A stretch of 64,000 nucleotides of DNA, from assembly GCA_963678775.2 (NCBI GenBank), contig CAXXGR010000003.1, positions 554 to 64,553 on the forward strand, in the 5' to 3' direction. The notes under the pieces were generated by a model, which searched no databases, was not told the origin of the DNA, and saw only the letters and a program-made list of their open reading frames with translations. Within the stretch, counting starts at the first letter, position 1. The number at the start of each line of letters is the position of its first letter. This DNA comes from Candidatus Kapaibacterium sp. (GTDB taxonomy: Bacteria; Bacteroidota; Ignavibacteria; Kapaibacteriales; UBA2268). Of this stretch, positions 60,742-64,000 are shown piece after piece. Made by a program: the position numbers and the translations under genes.

Positions 60742-61995
60742 TTACAAATCTAATATTTTATTCAATTTTGTATCTTCTGTCCTAATTAGCAACAGACTGT
60801 CAGCACCTGCAAAAATTATATTGCCGTACTCACTTACTGTCGGTTGCAAATTTAGCATGGGTGCATTCGAAAGAGAAAGCACTTTGTAGAGATTACCTTT
60901 ATCTTTTTGGAGAAAGAATACTCCAATAGTTTCAGGGCTAGTGCCTACTAATGCTATTTCGTAGTTTGCTACCATTGGTGCTATCGGAACACCAATACTT
61001 AAATACTGTTTCCACCTCTGAGTGCCTGAAGAATCATAACAATAGACTCCGGTTTTTGCCCTTGCAAGTCCTGCATTATACGCAGTTATGTAAGTATTAC
61101 CTTCTAAGTCCGTTGCTACATTTCTAATCATAGCAGGCAGCTCTTGTTCCCATTTGAGAGTCCCCAATGTGTCAAACGCCATAATTAATGATGTCCGACC
61201 GGTAGCAGTTTCTCTTAAACCACCCACTAAAATCATGTTGTTACCAAAAGCGGGCTTTTGGATTAAACGTGTATTTTCTATCTCTTTTGACCAGCAGACT
61301 TTACCGGTTTTATCTAACAGCATCAGGCTATCGCTTATGCCAAACTCATTGTGGCTAAGACCAATAATAGCTTTTTCGGAAGTTGTTTCCGGTATTATTT
61401 CAAGAGGTCTTAGCTTTGAAGTATATCTCCAAATTTCATTGCCGTCAAAGTCATATTTCATAAACTCTCCGTTACTGCACCCAAGTAATAAACCGGACTG
61501 ACCGGCTATTAAATCAGTAAAGGAATAGTATTTAGTTTTATAGGTTAAAACAGGCTTCTTCCATCTGAATTTACCTTTGAAATCGATGGAATATAAATTG
61601 TCATCTGAGGCTATAAAGTATATATTTTTATCTAAGTCCGCAGCCATTGTACCAATAGGATAAACCCCTTCGTCCAATTTATAGTTCCATAAGGAAGATA
61701 TATAAGTCATTAGAAATATGTTGCCTGACTTATCTGCGACTACTACTTCGTTTTCTGAAATAGAGAGAGGAGGAATTACCGCACCCTTAGCATTAATTAC
61801 GACAGAATCGCCTCTTTCAATATTTACTTCAGCTCCACCAACCTTGATATATTCTTTGAAAAACTTGCCATACCTTTGATAGTTATTATTTCCGTTTGGA
61901 CCGCCATATTGGCTGTATGGAAGTAATTTTATATCATCATCAGAGCAAGCAGATATGCCTGCTACAAGACAGATTATAGCTAGTAATTTCTTCAT
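60742..61995 (-). CDS. PQQ-like (outer-membrane-assembly-like) beta-propeller lipoprotein
   Basis: Lipobox LAIICLVAGISAC. Repeated W-x-hydrophobic blade motifs (LWNYKL, FRWKKPV, IWRYTS, VCWSKEI, LKWEQEL, RWKQYL). Confidence 0.55.
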   Translation of the reverse strand: MKKLLAIICLVAGISACSDDDIKLLPYSQYGGPNGNNNYQRYGKFFKEYIKVGGAEVNIERGDSVVINAKGAVIPPLSISENEVVVADKSGNIFLMTYISSLWNYKLDEGVYPIGTMAADLDKNIYFIASDDNLYSIDFKGKFRWKKPVLTYKTKYYSFTDLIAGQSGLLLGCSNGEFMKYDFDGNEIWRYTSKLRPLEIIPETTSEKAIIGLSHNEFGISDSLMLLDKTGKVCWSKEIENTRLIQKPAFGNNMILVGGLRETATGRTSLIMAFDTLGTLKWEQELPAMIRNVATDLEGNTYITAYNAGLARAKTGVYCYDSSGTQRWKQYLSIGVPIAPMVANYEIALVGTSPETIGVFFLQKDKGNLYKVLSLSNAPMLNLQPTVSEYGNIIFAGADSLLLIRTEDTKLNKILDL

Positions 61996-61996
61996 A

Positions 61997-63040
61997 TTAC
62001 TTGACTTCCCTAACTATTCTTATGCCACAGTATTGTTTTCCCAGTTCATGGCTCCTGTATGAAGTCCTGCATTCTGTGTTACCCGAAAAATAATTACCAC
62101 CTCGGTTTACTCTTTCTGTACCTTCAGTAGAGCCTTGTGGGTCAGTATCAGGAGAAGTTGCATAATAGTCAGCCTCATACAAGTCAAAGCACCATTCGCT
62201 TACGTTTCCGTGCATATCGTAGAGACCAAAGTCATTTGCCTGCTTCAAACCAACAGGCTGCAGTTGCATTCCTGAGTTTGCAGAGTACCAGCCCATATCT
62301 TCCAACCTGCCGTTTCCGGCAAAGTCTTCTTGTTTTCCGGCTCTGCATAAGTATTCCCATTCGGCTTCAGATGGCAAACGCCAACCATTAGCAGAATCTA
62401 TAATACTTACTACTTGCCCTTGTATAAAATATTTTGGAGTATAATCCATTTTTTCTGATAGCATATTACAAAATTTTACCGCTTCGAGCCAGTCGATGTT
62501 ATTGACAGGATAATCTACGGCTAGCATAGTAGAAGGATTATTACCAACTACAAGCTCGTAAAATCTTTGTGTAATTTCATATTTAGATACTTCTAAGTCA
62601 CTTGAAATAGTTACGTCATGTACAGGTCTTTCATCTTCATTTCCTGTTACCGCACCCATTGCAAAAGTGCCACCATTAATAGTAACTAATGCTAAATTAG
62701 GCAAAGCAGAAACACGAATACTAAGAGAATTAGATTGTTCCTCTGCTTTAGTAATAAATATTTCAGTGGAAAATGCAGTAGATGGCACTTCGAAAATTAC
62801 TTTTTTGGCTGACCATAAAATGCATTTGTCAGATGGTATTGAAAAAGTTGAGTCAAAATTTACAGAAGAGTTGAGACCATCTCCAAGATTATCCCCCCAG
62901 ACTGTAATGGTATCGCCCACGTAAGTATCTTCATTTTCAATACTTTGTATTTGAAATACTCCTTGATCCACAACTAAGTCTTCATTGCTGCAAGAGCTGA
63001 TAAATATGCCTAAACAGAATAAAAGTACTAAATATCTCAT
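61997..63040 (-). CDS. Formylglycine-generating-enzyme (SUMF1/FGE-sulfatase) domain lipoprotein with N-terminal Ig-like (IPT-like) domain
   Basis: Lipobox FISSC. FGE-domain blocks WRLPSEAEWEY, DMHGNVSEWCFD and RVNRGGNYFS. Confidence 0.8.
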   Translation of the reverse strand: MRYLVLLFCLGIFISSCSNEDLVVDQGVFQIQSIENEDTYVGDTITVWGDNLGDGLNSSVNFDSTFSIPSDKCILWSAKKVIFEVPSTAFSTEIFITKAEEQSNSLSIRVSALPNLALVTINGGTFAMGAVTGNEDERPVHDVTISSDLEVSKYEITQRFYELVVGNNPSTMLAVDYPVNNIDWLEAVKFCNMLSEKMDYTPKYFIQGQVVSIIDSANGWRLPSEAEWEYLCRAGKQEDFAGNGRLEDMGWYSANSGMQLQPVGLKQANDFGLYDMHGNVSEWCFDLYEADYYATSPDTDPQGSTEGTERVNRGGNYFSGNTECRTSYRSHELGKQYCGIRIVREVK

Positions 63041-63227
63041 ATCGCAAACTTATTTCTTAATTATACCTTTTCGTAGATAGTAAATATAAAAAAAAAATAT
63101 GTATTATAGTTATTTAGTTTGCTTAGAAACGTTGCCGCACGTTTCTTTAGATATTTTGAAAGTTCATAAAAGAAATACAGAAGCTACTCTATCGTTATCT
63201 TTTAAGTTAGTAATTTGGAGTTTAGAT

Positions 63228-63983
63228 ATGCCTTATTTTGATTTTAACAAAAATGATATTTATTATGATACAAGTGGAGAAGGATATCCACTTTTGCTTT
63301 TGCATGGCAACAGTGTTTCTTCTAATATGTTCAGGTTTGATATTCCGTTTTTTTCTCAGTATTTCAAAGTTATTTATTTTGATTGGCACGGACATGGTAA
63401 ATCCGGTCGCGTGAAAAAGTTTCGAGATGACTTCTGGCGATACAATGCCGAAGTTGCTCATGCTCTGCTGGATCATTTGGAGGTAGATAAACTAAACGTA
63501 ATAGGCACCAGCGGGGGAGCCCTTACCGGATTTAATATGCTGACTCAAAACAACGATAGAATTCAAAAATTCATAGCAGACAGCTTCTTAGGTTTAAGCC
63601 TTACTGAAGAGGAAGCTTATAGTTTAGCAAAAAAAAGAACTCAAGCAGTTGCTCATAATTTTATGAATCAACAATTTTGGAAATTCCAGCATGGTGATGA
63701 CTGGGAACAGGTAGTTCTTAATGATATCAACCTAATGGAAAGACTTGGCAGGAAAAAGCTTATTACTGTCCATGGTGATATATCAAAAATCAATGCAAAA
63801 GTGCTGGCTACCGGGAGCTACGAGGATGAAATACTGCCCGAGCCTGAAGCCAAGATGCACACAATCATCGACCTAATTCCAGGTGCAAAAATAATAATGT
63901 TTGACAAAGGTAAACACCCATTTATGATTACGCAAAAGTCAGAGTTCCGCGAAGTAGCTTTGGACTTTTTAAATAATGGATAA
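63228..63983 (+). CDS. Alpha/beta-fold hydrolase
   Basis: HGN oxyanion region (LLLLHGNSVSS) and nucleophile elbow GTSGG. The start is taken at MPYFDFNKND; the upstream part of the listed ORF lacks protein-like character. Confidence 0.8.
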   Translation: MPYFDFNKNDIYYDTSGEGYPLLLLHGNSVSSNMFRFDIPFFSQYFKVIYFDWHGHGKSGRVKKFRDDFWRYNAEVAHALLDHLEVDKLNVIGTSGGALTGFNMLTQNNDRIQKFIADSFLGLSLTEEEAYSLAKKRTQAVAHNFMNQQFWKFQHGDDWEQVVLNDINLMERLGRKKLITVHGDISKINAKVLATGSYEDEILPEPEAKMHTIIDLIPGAKIIMFDKGKHPFMITQKSEFREVALDFLNNG

Positions 63984-64000
63984 AGGTGCTTATCAAATTG

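Overview
AT-rich bacterial chromosomal segment that is mostly housekeeping genes. Type IX secretion (T9SS) C-terminal sorting domains, a fused ccoNO gene and few Shine-Dalgarno-like leaders suggest the FCB group (Bacteroidota/Ignavibacteriota-like); this placement is an inference. I can support about 55 protein-coding genes. They include an oxaloacetate-decarboxylase-alpha-type carboxyltransferase, trxB, kdsB, thyX, an Ogg2-type glycosylase, plsY-gpsA, radA, obg, hcp with a divergent Rrf2 regulator, rlmN, glmM, a ccoI-ccoS-ccoNO-ccoQ-ccoP cbb3 oxidase cluster, a CaCA antiporter, an M48 protease, a short-chain-type threonine dehydrogenase, yraN, yicC and a gamma-carbonic-anhydrase-like protein. 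I found no rRNA, tRNA, CRISPR array, transposase, integrase or recognisable defence genes. The only clearly accessory region is 25.0-33.5 kb. It holds three tandem paralogs of a ~915-aa BNR/Asp-box propeller protein with T9SS sorting domains. Their junctions (terminator, palindrome, promoter region, signal peptide) are duplicated almost exactly, their secretion-tag ends look homogenised by gene conversion, and their cores have diverged. The first copy is frameshifted. Two more single-base frameshifts occur elsewhere: one separates the biotinyl domain from the carboxyltransferase, and one splits a GT39-like glycosyltransferase. All three sit in short homopolymers, so sequencing error must be excluded first. 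Other points of interest are a very acidic unknown protein translationally coupled to obg, a CotH/lamin-tail/T9SS giant protein, a symporter coupled to a CDP-alcohol phosphatidyltransferase, and an unlisted 49-codon ccoS. I cannot demonstrate a truly novel multi-gene system from sequence alone. The paralog array is the best candidate for follow-up.
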